Shown here in pieces: positions 17,660 through 27,900 of a stretch of DNA of 64,000 nt. Position 1 is the first letter of the stretch. Every line of letters begins with the position of its first letter. Made by a program: the position numbers and the translations under genes. The notes beneath the pieces were generated by a model. That model did no database searches. It was not told where the DNA came from and saw only the letters and a list, made by a program, of their open reading frames with translations. Origin of the DNA: Collinsella sp. (GTDB lineage Bacteria; Actinomycetota; Coriobacteriia; Coriobacteriales; Coriobacteriaceae); contig DXMA01000009.1 of assembly GCA_019414445.1 (NCBI GenBank), positions 2,670-66,669 of the forward strand. Direction: 5' to 3'.

Positions 17660-18196
17660 ATGTCCGAAACCGTTCGTGCCGAGAGCATCGCGCGCGAGGT
17701 CGACGATGCCGCCCGTCAGCTGGCCCATGCGGGCCGTTTGGACCTGACGCGCGAGTTTATCCAGCATGGCGATGTGACGGTGTATACGCATGTGACCTCG
17801 GTGGCGCGGACAAGCCTGTCCGTTGCCGAACGCTTGGGCCGTGCTGGCATTTCGGTCGACCGCGCCTCGCTGCTGCGCGGCGCCCTGTTACACGATTACT
17901 TTCTCTACGATTGGCACGATCCCGATCCGAGCCATCGACTGCATGGATTTCGGCATCCGTATTTTGCCCTGGCACGTGCGGAGGAGGATTTTGAGCTGAC
18001 GTCGCGCGAGCGGAATATTATCGTGCGGCATATGTTTCCGCTGGTGCCGGTGCCGCCGACGTGTCGTGAGGCATGGATTGTGTGTTTGGCAGACAAATGG
18101 TGCGCGCTGCGCGAGACGGTCACCGGTCGTCTGCGGCGCAAGGACGAGCCGGACGATGGCGTGAGCAGCGAATCGAGCGAAAAGAGGAGAGGGTAG
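17660..18196 (+). CDS. HD-domain metal-dependent phosphohydrolase
   Basis: IQHG...H, ALLHDYFLYDW, HGFRHP, HMFP, ADK; GGAGG RBS. Confidence 0.85.
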   Translation: MSETVRAESIAREVDDAARQLAHAGRLDLTREFIQHGDVTVYTHVTSVARTSLSVAERLGRAGISVDRASLLRGALLHDYFLYDWHDPDPSHRLHGFRHPYFALARAEEDFELTSRERNIIVRHMFPLVPVPPTCREAWIVCLADKWCALRETVTGRLRRKDEPDDGVSSESSEKRRG

Positions 18197-18199
18197 ACG

Positions 18200-19219
18200 G
18201 TGGGGACCGCGATCGACATGGCATTTGACGGCGCGACGCTTGCCGCCTGTCCGCTTTCGGCACTAGTGCTCTCGTTTGCCTTCTACGGGTTTTGCGGCTG
18301 GGCGTGGGAGTCGACGGTCTGCGCCATGCTCAATCACGGACGATTTGCCAACAGTGGCTTTTTGCTGGGGCCGTGTTGCCCTATCTATGGTGTGGGCGGT
18401 ATAGCCTGCTGGCTTTTGCTGCGCGGGATTCCGGATGCCTCGAGCCAGTTTGTTGCCGCGGCGCTCGTATGCAGCGTGATTGAGTACAGCGTCGGCGCGC
18501 TGTTGGAAAAAACAACGGGCGCTCGCTTTTGGGACTATTCGCACCTGCCGTTTAACCTGCACGGACGCATCTGTCTGTACTGGGCATGCGCGTTTGGCTT
18601 GGGTGCGTTGTGCATTTGTCGTTTAGTGGAGCCGGCATTGCTGGGGCTGCTTGGCCATCTGCCGGTGCTGATTGTGCGGCTGTCCGCCTTTATCGTCGCG
18701 GTCGCGATGATGGTCGACGCGGTGTGCTCGTTGGCGAGCTGGCGCCGCCTGTCCGATCAGCTTGAGCGTGTGCGCGCCGACCTTGCTGACCGCATCAATG
18801 AGTCGCTTGCCGATGCCTCCGACTCCATGCTCGAACGTATTCCCGATTCGACGATTGACTCGGTGGCGCAGACGCATATCCGTAGCCGTGCCGTTAACGC
18901 GTGGCTGGCCGAGCTGGGCGACGCGGCGCTCGATGCCCTGCGCGAGAAGGCTTCGATGCCGACGTTTATTTCGGATGGTGCTCGCGGCCTGGCGCTCGCT
19001 GCCCGTCGCGTGGCCGATGCCGCACCGAGCATGCCGCGTCCGTCGCTCGGTCGTCGCCTTGCCGGCAAGCGCATGAGCCGCCCGGTACCGAGCGTGTCAC
19101 TCAGCCGCCGCGACCTACGCTTCTTTAACGCCTTCCCGCGTCTGCGCATCAATCGTTACGAGGGCGTCATCCGAGCTACCGACCTCCGCGACCGAGCCCG
19201 CGAGCTGTTCCGGCGCTAG
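18200..19219 (+). CDS. Membrane protein, putative ABC-transporter permease (CmpB/DUF1113-like)
   Basis: GW.WE, GFLLGP.CPIYG.G, EYS.G..LE...G.R.WDYS..PFNL.GRICL; C-terminal AFP motif. Confidence 0.8.
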   Translation: MGTAIDMAFDGATLAACPLSALVLSFAFYGFCGWAWESTVCAMLNHGRFANSGFLLGPCCPIYGVGGIACWLLLRGIPDASSQFVAAALVCSVIEYSVGALLEKTTGARFWDYSHLPFNLHGRICLYWACAFGLGALCICRLVEPALLGLLGHLPVLIVRLSAFIVAVAMMVDAVCSLASWRRLSDQLERVRADLADRINESLADASDSMLERIPDSTIDSVAQTHIRSRAVNAWLAELGDAALDALREKASMPTFISDGARGLALAARRVADAAPSMPRPSLGRRLAGKRMSRPVPSVSLSRRDLRFFNAFPRLRINRYEGVIRATDLRDRARELFRR

Positions 19220-19417
19220 CCAGAGCGGAGCCAAGCGCGCCCTTCTCGTTCGCACGTTTCCCGTTCGTTTCGCGTCCGTTGCCGCGCCGTTTCCAAGATT
19301 GCGGTGCCGTTTCCATTCGACAACGCAGCGTTTAACAACGCCGTATCTGGTCTACACCAGTTGCCCCTCGGCCGCATGATGGGCGCCGACAACGTTCATG
19401 CGACCAAGGGGGAGCGA

Positions 19418-20695
19418 ATGTACGATACGGGATCGACAACGTTTATGCTCATCTGCACCATGCTCGTGTTTTTAATGACACCGGGTCTGGCGTTTTTCTA
19501 TGGCGGCCTGTCCAGGCGCAAAAATGTCATCAACACCATGCTTATGTGCTTTGGCGCCATTGGTCTGGTTGGTGTGCTGTGGATTGTTGCCGGCTGGTCG
19601 CTGGCCTACGGCGGCGACGGCTCGAGCCCGTTTATTGGAGGCCTTGACCAGCTGCTGTGCTTGCCGGTGCTCAACCAGGTGCTGCAGGCGGCCGAGGGCA
19701 ATGCTGCGGACGGTGCCGTCTACCCTCAAATCATCAACATCACCTTCCAAATGGCGTTTGCCATGATCACGGCTGCTATCGTCACGGGCAGCCTGGCCGG
19801 CCGCGTTAAGTTTGGTGCCATGACGGCCTTCCTGGGCATTTGGCTGCTCGTGGTCTATGCGCTGCTCGCCCACATGGTCTGGGGCGGTGAGGGTTCCTTT
19901 ATCGGCGACATCATCGGCGCGCTCGACTTTGCGGGCGGCGACGTGGTGCACATCTCGTCCGGTCTCACGGGCCTGATTCTCTGCTTAATGCTCGGCCGTC
20001 GTCGCGGCTTTGGCATGGTGAGCTACCGCCCGCATAACGTGCCGTTTGTGGCGCTGGGCGCCGGCCTGCTTTGGTTTGGCTGGTTTGGCTTTAACGGCGG
20101 CAGCGAGTTTAAGGCCGACGCCGTGGCCGCGCTCGCCATCCTCAACACCGTGACGGCCAGCGCGGCGGGCATGGTCTCGTGGCTTGTCGTCGAGCGCGTG
20201 CGCACCGGTCGCCCCACGCTGGTGGGTGCCAGCACCGGTCTGGTTGCGGGCCTTGTGGTGGTCACGCCGGGTGCGGGCTTTGTCGGGCCGTGGGCGGCGC
20301 TGGTCATGGGCCTGATCGTATCGCCCGTCTGCTACCTGGCCATCAGCCATCTTAAGACCAAGTTCGGCTACGACGATGCGCTCGACGCGTTCGGTTGCCA
20401 CGGCATCGGCGGCATCTTGGGCGGCGTGCTCACGGGTCTGTTTTGTGTGCCGGAGCTCTCGTGGACCGGTAAGGGCGGCCTGTTCTACACGGGCGACGTG
20501 TCGCTGCTCATCTCGCAGATCCTGGGCATTGTGGTGACGGTCGCTATTGTGCTGGTGCTCGACTTGGTGATTGTCGCGGTGGTCAAGGCACTGTTCCGCG
20601 GCAGCCTGCGCGTGGACGAGGCCGACGAGGCCCTGGGTCTGGATGCGAGTCAGCACGGCGAGAGCGCATATCCATCGTTTGGCGGCTTGGATTAA
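19418..20695 (+). CDS. amtB: Ammonium transporter
   Basis: MTPGLAFFYGG, FQMAFA, HMVWGG, DFAGG.VVH, LWFGWFGFNGGS, DDALDAF.CHG. Confidence 0.96.
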   Translation: MYDTGSTTFMLICTMLVFLMTPGLAFFYGGLSRRKNVINTMLMCFGAIGLVGVLWIVAGWSLAYGGDGSSPFIGGLDQLLCLPVLNQVLQAAEGNAADGAVYPQIINITFQMAFAMITAAIVTGSLAGRVKFGAMTAFLGIWLLVVYALLAHMVWGGEGSFIGDIIGALDFAGGDVVHISSGLTGLILCLMLGRRRGFGMVSYRPHNVPFVALGAGLLWFGWFGFNGGSEFKADAVAALAILNTVTASAAGMVSWLVVERVRTGRPTLVGASTGLVAGLVVVTPGAGFVGPWAALVMGLIVSPVCYLAISHLKTKFGYDDALDAFGCHGIGGILGGVLTGLFCVPELSWTGKGGLFYTGDVSLLISQILGIVVTVAIVLVLDLVIVAVVKALFRGSLRVDEADEALGLDASQHGESAYPSFGGLD

Positions 20696-20713
20696 CAAGG
20701 GGAGTGATTTGGT

Positions 20714-21052
20714 ATGAAGAAAATTACGGCTATCGTGCGCCAGGAAAAGCTTGAGGTTCTCAAAGATGCGCTGTTTGCTGCTGATGTTCGCGGCATGACT
20801 ATCAACCAGGTGCAGGGCTGCGGCGCACAGCATGGCTGGAAGGAATACGTGCGCGGCAACGAACTGCTCGTCAATACCATCCCCAAGGTACAGTTCACCC
20901 TCATCTGCGCTGATGAGCACGTTGACGGAATTGTCGACATCATCTGCAATGCCGCCCGCACCGGTGCCGTCGGCGACGGCAAGATTTGGGTCGAGCCGGT
21001 CGAAGAAGTCATCCGCATTCGCACCGGCGAACACGGCCCGGCCGCGGTGTAG
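20714..21052 (+). CDS. glnK: P-II family nitrogen regulator
   Basis: 112 aa; GxGxQ..G...RG T-loop, ARTGAVGDGKIWV, IRIRTGE; follows amtB. Confidence 0.9.
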   Translation: MKKITAIVRQEKLEVLKDALFAADVRGMTINQVQGCGAQHGWKEYVRGNELLVNTIPKVQFTLICADEHVDGIVDIICNAARTGAVGDGKIWVEPVEEVIRIRTGEHGPAAV

Positions 21053-21126
21053 AATCGACCGTCTGCCATCCGCAACGTTAAAATGCTGCAATGAGGCACA
21101 AGACTTGCGTTGCGGATGGGCGGATT

Positions 21127-21789
21127 ATGGGTCGCAATAAATATCCCGAGGAGACGGTCGCGAAGATTCTCGACGCGGCACTGGAGCTATTCTGCGCACA
21201 GGGTTATGAGGGGACGAGTATTCAAGATATCGTTGACCGTCTCGACGGCATGACCAAGGGCGCTGTCTATCATCACTTCAAGAGCAAAGAAGAGATTTTC
21301 AACGCCGCGTTTGATCGGGCGATGACTCCGATTGTTGAGCACCGCCGCTCGATGCTTGGCGTCGGTAATATGACCGGAGCCCAAAAGCTCAAGCGACTGT
21401 ACGCTCCCGAGTCCGTTGTTCCACAAATTGAGCTATGGGCACGTACGCGTCCTGCAGCAGATCCGGTAAAAAGCTCGCGCCTACTGGCGATGCAGTACCA
21501 GGGCTCATTTGACGAGTCGGCCGATGGCTGTCTCTTGCCAGTGATCGAGGAGGGCATCGCCGACGGCTCCATTGCGTGCGAATGCCCGCGCGAAGCGGCG
21601 GAGGCCGTATCGTTGTTGGCGAATCTTTGGCTGCTGCCATTGTTCCGTCCGCTCGAGCCCAAGGAGCGAATGCTCGCTCGCGCACAATGTTTGGCGCAGA
21701 TGGCTGCCGCGGTGGGGCTCGATTTGGGTAATGAAGTGCTTCAGACAACGGCGCAGATTTGGGACGTATGGGACCGCGCCGGGTGGTAA
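21127..21789 (+). CDS. TetR/AcrR family regulator
   Basis: MGRNKYPEET..ILDAA..LF..QGYEGTSIQDI...TKGAVYHHFKSKEE. Confidence 0.93.
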   Translation: MGRNKYPEETVAKILDAALELFCAQGYEGTSIQDIVDRLDGMTKGAVYHHFKSKEEIFNAAFDRAMTPIVEHRRSMLGVGNMTGAQKLKRLYAPESVVPQIELWARTRPAADPVKSSRLLAMQYQGSFDESADGCLLPVIEEGIADGSIACECPREAAEAVSLLANLWLLPLFRPLEPKERMLARAQCLAQMAAAVGLDLGNEVLQTTAQIWDVWDRAGW

Positions 21790-21790
21790 T

Positions 21791-21876
21791 ATAGATACCA
21801 ACGGTATGTAATTGATTTGTGAGGGTAGCCACGGCTGCCCTTTTCAAGTCATTAAATACATACTAGTGGTATGTAT
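21791..21876. promoter_or_regulatory. Two palindromic operator candidates ATACATAC-N5-GTATGTAT
   Basis: Perfect copy at 21856-21876; imperfect copy ATAGATAC-N5-GTATGTAA at 21791-21811; both lie between tetR and the MFS gene. Confidence 0.65.
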
Positions 21877-21889
21877 AGGGGGTGGGCTT

Positions 21890-23152
21890 ATGGCTGGGCT
21901 GAGAGACGTCGGTGTCTCGTTGAAATCAAAAACAGTGCGGTCAATCAGGCTCGCGGAACTTCTGGTTGCGCAGCTGTGCACGTATTCGATGCTGTCGGCG
22001 CTGTGCTTTGCGTATCCACTTTACTTGTTCGATCGCAGTGGATCGTCAACGTTATATGGCGTCGTCGCGGCGATAGCGTTCATACCCGGCGTACTTGCAA
22101 CTCCGGCTGGCGGAATCTTGGCGGATAGGGGAAGACATCGCGAGGTCCTCGTGTCCCTCGGCATTGCTCTGATGACTGCATCACTGCTGTCTATCCCCAT
22201 GAAGCACTCATTGCCTCTTGCGGTCGTCGTAGTAGCGATACTTTGTGTTCAATATGGTTCTCAATCGCTGCTGAAGCCAATGCTCCAAATTGAGACGGTG
22301 CGCATGGCGGGTGAAGAGAAGGTTGAGCGGGCCACTGCATTGGTTTCGCAGATGACCATGGTGAGCAATATCTTGGGCCCTGTGGTCGGGACGGCAGTCT
22401 ATGGGTACTTTGGCATCGATGCTCTTTGCACAACCGCGTCGGTGGCGTTTGCGATTTCAGCTCTCTTGTTTGGGGGCGCGCTCAAGCAAAATGCCTCATT
22501 TGAAACGATGGGAGACGGCGCGACTCGTACGACATGCCGAAACGATTTTCGGGAGTCGATTCGGTATCTGTTGCAAAATGCATTATTGGTCGCTGTGATT
22601 TTGCTTGCGGCAGTTTTGAACCTTGCGTTGGTTGGGCTAATGATTGGCGCTCCCATTATTGTTACAAAGCATCTCGGCATGCAATCGTCCTGCGTTGGGA
22701 TAGTTGAGGTGGCTATGGGCTTGGGTGGTCTTGCCGGCAGTGGCTTGGTCGGCATTTGGCCGCATCGTTTTTCTTTCAATGGCATATGTCGATATGTTGC
22801 GATGATCTGTTTTGGAGTCGCACCGATCATTGTCACGCTACTGTTCGGCGCAGATGCATGCATGCTCACCGTGTTTGTGGTTGGTTCGGCATGGGTCATG
22901 GTGTGGGCGAGCATTGCGTCGGTTGAAATCATCGCGTTTGTTCAGCGGGCAGCGCCGACTGAGCTCTGCGGAAAAGTGCTTTCGGTCGTTTACATGGTCC
23001 TTTCCTGCGCAATACCTATCGGCCAATTGACGTACGGGGTTGCATATGATCGATGGACACCGGCGATTGTATTCGCAGCCATGTTGGCGGTGCTGACGTT
23101 GACGACGGCTCTGTTTTATCGGCTGAAAAATCGATTGCGGCGATTGTCTTAA
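21890..23152 (+). CDS. MFS transporter (efflux-type)
   Basis: About 12 hydrophobic segments, GGILADR motif A, ELCGKV.S, PIGQL.YG. Confidence 0.88.
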   Translation: MAGLRDVGVSLKSKTVRSIRLAELLVAQLCTYSMLSALCFAYPLYLFDRSGSSTLYGVVAAIAFIPGVLATPAGGILADRGRHREVLVSLGIALMTASLLSIPMKHSLPLAVVVVAILCVQYGSQSLLKPMLQIETVRMAGEEKVERATALVSQMTMVSNILGPVVGTAVYGYFGIDALCTTASVAFAISALLFGGALKQNASFETMGDGATRTTCRNDFRESIRYLLQNALLVAVILLAAVLNLALVGLMIGAPIIVTKHLGMQSSCVGIVEVAMGLGGLAGSGLVGIWPHRFSFNGICRYVAMICFGVAPIIVTLLFGADACMLTVFVVGSAWVMVWASIASVEIIAFVQRAAPTELCGKVLSVVYMVLSCAIPIGQLTYGVAYDRWTPAIVFAAMLAVLTLTTALFYRLKNRLRRLS

Positions 23153-23261
23153 CGCGCTGGGGCACCGTGAATTTGTGAAGGCGGTGGTACGCCGCGCCGG
23201 GACGGCATTGTTTGGACATGCCTCTCCTTCGTCTACAATATCGGGCAGACGAAGGAGAGGC

Positions 23262-24125
23262 ATGTCCATGATCAAGATGTTCGCGAGTGACTTAGACGGA
23301 ACGCTGCTGAACGCCCTGCACGAGGCGGATGGGACCATCCGCCGCGCCATTCGCGAGCTGACTGAGGCTGGCCTGCACGTGGTTCCCGCGACTGGACGCT
23401 CGACGTTGCCGATCGGCGAGCATGGCTTTACGGGCTTGGCGCTTGACGCCTGCTGCTCCAATGGATCCATCGTGCGCGACAGCCATGGTGAGGTGCTCAA
23501 GACTTGGACCATCGATCCGCAGGTCACTGAGGAACTGCTCAAGGCGTTCCCGGACATTTGCTTTGATTGTTCCACGCCCGATGGCATGTACTCGAGCGGT
23601 TCGTTCGAGATGCATCAGGCGGGCTTTAAAAAGGACAGTCCCATCAAGCGCATCGTGATGCGCGGCATGCGTGCGCGCGGCGGGTATCACGAGGAGCAGT
23701 ATTTCGACCAGTCGATCGGTGACATCCTGCGCCACGATGTATGCAAGATCAATTGTCGCGTGACCTCGCCCGAGCTGGAGCGCGACCTTAAGGCGTATCT
23801 TGCCGAGCGCTCGGACCGTGTGGTCAACGCGCCGTTCGATCCGGTGATGTTCGAGATCACGGACGTGGCGTGTAACAAGGGCGAGAGTGTGGCCTGGCTG
23901 GCGGGCTACTACGGCATTGCCGAGGACGAGGTCGCGGTTTATGGCGACGGCGGAAACGACATCGCCATGCTCAAGCGTTTCCGCCACAGCTACGCGACCA
24001 AAAACGCTAGCGATGCAGCCAAGGTCGCCGCGAGCGCAACTATCGGCAGCTGCATGGTCCACGCCGTCCCCAAACACATGCTCGCCACCATGCATAAGCA
24101 GAGCTCCCGCACCATCATCGAATAA
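23262..24125 (+). CDS. Cof-type HAD-IIB hydrolase
   Basis: ASDLDGTLL, ATGR, NKG, YGDGGNDIAM. Confidence 0.92.
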   Translation: MSMIKMFASDLDGTLLNALHEADGTIRRAIRELTEAGLHVVPATGRSTLPIGEHGFTGLALDACCSNGSIVRDSHGEVLKTWTIDPQVTEELLKAFPDICFDCSTPDGMYSSGSFEMHQAGFKKDSPIKRIVMRGMRARGGYHEEQYFDQSIGDILRHDVCKINCRVTSPELERDLKAYLAERSDRVVNAPFDPVMFEITDVACNKGESVAWLAGYYGIAEDEVAVYGDGGNDIAMLKRFRHSYATKNASDAAKVAASATIGSCMVHAVPKHMLATMHKQSSRTIIE

Positions 24126-24156
24126 TGTGACAAAGGGACTGCCCCCTCGTCACATT
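24124..24156 (-). repeat. Palindrome with GGGGGCAG loop (variant of the GGGGACAG family)
   Basis: Minus strand AATGTGACGAGGGGGCAGTCCCTTTGTCACATT at the stop codon of the HAD gene. Confidence 0.6.
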
Positions 24157-24180
24157 CCAAATATTGCCTTTACGTGTTGA

Positions 24181-24195
24181 TGCACACGGTGTGCA
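24181..24195. promoter_or_regulatory. Palindromic operator candidate upstream of the TetR / activase operon
   Basis: TGCACAC-G-GTGTGCA perfect palindrome; related GCAC..GTGC motif follows at ~24205-24225. Confidence 0.55.
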
Positions 24196-24246
24196 ATAAT
24201 ACTCGCACTGTGCAATAGCGCACAGGCTGAGTAACAAGGAGGACGC

Positions 24247-24957
24247 TTGTCCCAGCTCGAGAAATGCGATCGCCGGTCCCTTCGCTCGCAGCGTGCCCTT
24301 CGCCAGGCACTTGCCAGCGAGCTTGCCGAAAGCGGCGACCTTTCGCGCATTAATGTCGCGTCGCTCACCGAGCGCGCCGGCCTTACGCGCCGCACGTTCT
24401 ATTCGCACTACCGCGATATCCCCGACTTCATCAATCAAATCGAGGACGGCTTGCTGGCCGAGATCCGTGAACGCATTGAGCTCATCACCGCAGCTCAGCT
24501 GCCCGATCTCTACCACAACATCGATGAACTCGAGCCGGCGCCCGGTTCGGTTGAACTGCTGCGCTATCTTGCGGCCAACCGCGACTTAATCGGTGCGCTG
24601 CTGGGTCCGGGCGGCGACCAGGCCTTCATTAAAAGGATCATCGACACCGCGCGTGAGGCTGTGGTGCCGCGTGCGCAGACGGGCATTTTGGGCCTGGCGC
24701 TGGGCACGTTCTTTGACTACTACGTCACCTACGTCGTGAGCGCCGAGGTCGGCATGATTCAGCGCTGGTTTGAGCGTGGGCTCACCGAATCGCCCGAGGC
24801 CATGGCGCGCATTATGACGGTGCTCGCTTTTGTGCGCCCTGGTGACCTGTATGGCCAACCCATCGATATCAACGTGCCGGAATACGGCATGAAGCTATTG
24901 AACTTGCAGCTCGAGGACGCGGCCGACACCGCCGCAACCGTCGAGTCCAACAACTAA
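24247..24957 (+). CDS. TetR/AcrR family regulator
   Basis: DRRSLRS..AL..AL, INV..LTERAGLTRRTFYSHY.DI; TTG start after AAGGAGG. Confidence 0.9.
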   Translation: MSQLEKCDRRSLRSQRALRQALASELAESGDLSRINVASLTERAGLTRRTFYSHYRDIPDFINQIEDGLLAEIRERIELITAAQLPDLYHNIDELEPAPGSVELLRYLAANRDLIGALLGPGGDQAFIKRIIDTAREAVVPRAQTGILGLALGTFFDYYVTYVVSAEVGMIQRWFERGLTESPEAMARIMTVLAFVRPGDLYGQPIDINVPEYGMKLLNLQLEDAADTAATVESNN

Positions 24958-24968
24958 GAGGAGAGACA

Positions 24969-27900
24969 ATGAGCAAACTCGTCGAGGGCATCAAGGATCG
25001 TATGGTCGCTGCCGCACGCGAGGCCGCGCCCGCCGTGGTGGACGCCGCGCAGAAGGCCGCGACCGCGGCTGCCGAGAAAGTTGCCGAGGCAGTTGCCGAT
25101 GCCAAGAACGCGGCAGGGGAGACGCTCACCGCTGACGCAGCCACGCCCAACGTTGCCGAGTCCGTAACCGCCACCGCCGCCCACGCCCCCGAAGGCGCGA
25201 TCTTCAACCCCGAGGCCGCCCGCGGCAACCTGCACCTGGGCATCGACGTGGGCTCCACCACCGTCAAGCTTGCCGTCCTCAACGATGACAACCAGATCGT
25301 CTACGCCAAGTACCAGCGCCACCACACCGACGTCCGTGCCTGCGCCCGCGATCTGTTCGAGGGCGCCGCGACTGTGCTGCCGACGGCCCAGATGACCTGC
25401 GCCATCACCGGCTCGGGCGGTCTGCTGCTGTCCCAGTGGCTCGACTTGGAGTTTGTCCAGGAGGTCATCGCCAGCAAACGCGCCGTCGAGACCCTTATCC
25501 CGGCCACCGATGTCGCCATCGAGCTGGGCGGTGAGGACGCCAAGATCATCTACTTTGACAACGGCATCGAGCAGCGCATGAACGGCACCTGCGCCGGCGG
25601 CACGGGCGCGTTCATCGATCAGATGGCCACTCTGCTGCACACCGACGCGAGCGGCCTCAACGAGCTCGCGGCCAACGCCACCACCATCTATCCCATCGCC
25701 AGCCGTTGCGGCGTCTTTGCCAAGACCGACGTGCAGCCGCTCCTCAACGAGGGCGCCCGCCCCGAGGACGTCGCCGCTTCCATCTTCCAGGCCGTCGTGA
25801 CCCAGACCATCTCGGGCCTGGCGTGCGGCCGTCCCATTCGCGGTAACGTCGCCTTCCTGGGCGGCCCGCTGCAGTATCTCTCCGAGTTGCGCCACCGCTT
25901 CTACCTCACGCTCAACCTGGACGAGGAGCACCGCATTGTGCCCCAAAACGCCCACCTGTTTGTGGCGAGCGGCGCTGCCATGGCGCACGAGTCCAACAAG
26001 CTCAGCACGTTCCCGCAGCTTATCGAGGCCATCGACAGCCTGGGTGACACGCAGGGTGCCGAGGTCGAGCGCCTGGATCCGCTCTTTGCCACCGACGAGG
26101 ACTTTGCCGAGTTCAAGAACCGCCACGACCAGGAAGTCGTCCCCAAGGGTAAGCTCGACGGCTACACCGGCCGCGTGTTCATCGGCATCGACGCCGGCTC
26201 CACCACCATGAAGGCCGCGCTCGTGGGCGAGGACGGCCAGCTGTTGCACACCTGGTACGGCAACAACAACGGCGACATCCTGGGCACGGCCAAGGTCATC
26301 ATGGCCGATTTCTACAATCACATCCCTGCCGGCTGCACCATCGGCCACGTGACCACCACGGGCTACGGCGAGGCGCTGCTCATCGAGGCCCTCAAGGCCG
26401 ATTCCGGCGAGATCGAGACCGTCGCGCACCTGCGCGGCGCCAAGGCATTCCTGCCCGGTGTCGAGTTTATCCTGGACATCGGCGGCCAGGACATGAAGTG
26501 CCTGCGCGTGAAGGACGGCGTCATCGAGCACATTATGCTCAACGAGGCCTGCTCATCGGGCTGCGGCAGCTTTATCGAGAGCTTCGCCGTGTCCATGAAC
26601 ATGGACGTGCGCGCGTTCGCCGATGCCGCCATCCATGCCAAGGCCCCGGTCGATTTGGGCAGCCGCTGCACGGTCTTTATGAACTCGCGCGTCAAGCAGG
26701 CGCAAAAGGAAGGTGCCACGGTGGGCGACATCGCGGCCGGCCTGTCCTATTCCGTCATCAAGAATGCCCTGTTCAAGGTCATTAAGCTGCGCGACCCCAA
26801 GGAGATCGGCAGCCAGGTGATCGTTCAGGGTGGCACCTTTATGTCCGATGCCACGCTGCGCGCATTTGAGCAGCTCACCGGCGTGCACGCCGTGCGTCCC
26901 GACATCGCCGGCTGCATGGGTGCTTACGGTGCGGCCCTGCTCGCCCGCGACCGCGCCGGCGCCGACGGCACCTCGACCATCCTTTCTGCCGAGGACATCG
27001 CGCACCTCACCGTGACGCAAAAACACGTCCGCTGCGGCCGTTGCTCCAACAACTGCCAGCTCACCGTCAACGATTTTGGCGGCGGCAGGCGTTTCATTAC
27101 CGGTAACCGCTGCGAGAAGGGTGCCGGCCACAAAAAGCAAAAAACCGAGGCTCCTAACCTCTTTAAAAAGAAAAACGAGCTGCTCTTTAACCGCGAGGTG
27201 CTGAGCCCCGACGAGGCCCCGCGCGGCACCGTGGGTATCCCGCGCGCACTCAACATGTACGAGAACTACCCCTTCTGGCATGCGTTCTTTACGCGCCTGG
27301 GCTTTAGCGTGCAGCTGTCCGACCAGTCGAGCAAGAAGACCTACCAGGCGGGCATCGAGTCCATGCCGTCCGAGAGCGTGTGCTATCCGGCAAAGATGAG
27401 CCACGGCCATGTGATGAACCTTATCGACCGCGATGTCGACTTCATCTGGATGCCGTGCGTGCGCTGGGAGCGCAAGGAGGATCCGACGGCTGGCAACTGC
27501 TATAACTGCCCCATCGTCATGAGCTACCCCACGGCGTTGGCACTCAACATCGACGAGATCCGCGAGCAGAACATCGAGTTCCTGTATCCGTTTGTGCCGT
27601 ATCACGACAAGACCGAGCTCAAGCGCCGTCTGTACCAGGTGCTCGCCGTCGACCGTGTGGCCGATGCGCAAGCCGGTCGCGGTCGCGTGCGTGGGCCCAA
27701 GATCACGCGCTCCGAGGTCGATGCCGCTGTCAACGCTGCCTTTGAGGCCGATGCGCGTTTCCATGAGGACATCCAGACCATGGGCGAGGAGGCTCTTAAG
27801 TGGGTCGAGGACCACGGTGGCCACGGCATTGTGCTCGCCGGCCGCCCCTACCATAACGACCCCGAGATCAACCATGCCCTGCCCGAGCTTATCTCGAGCT

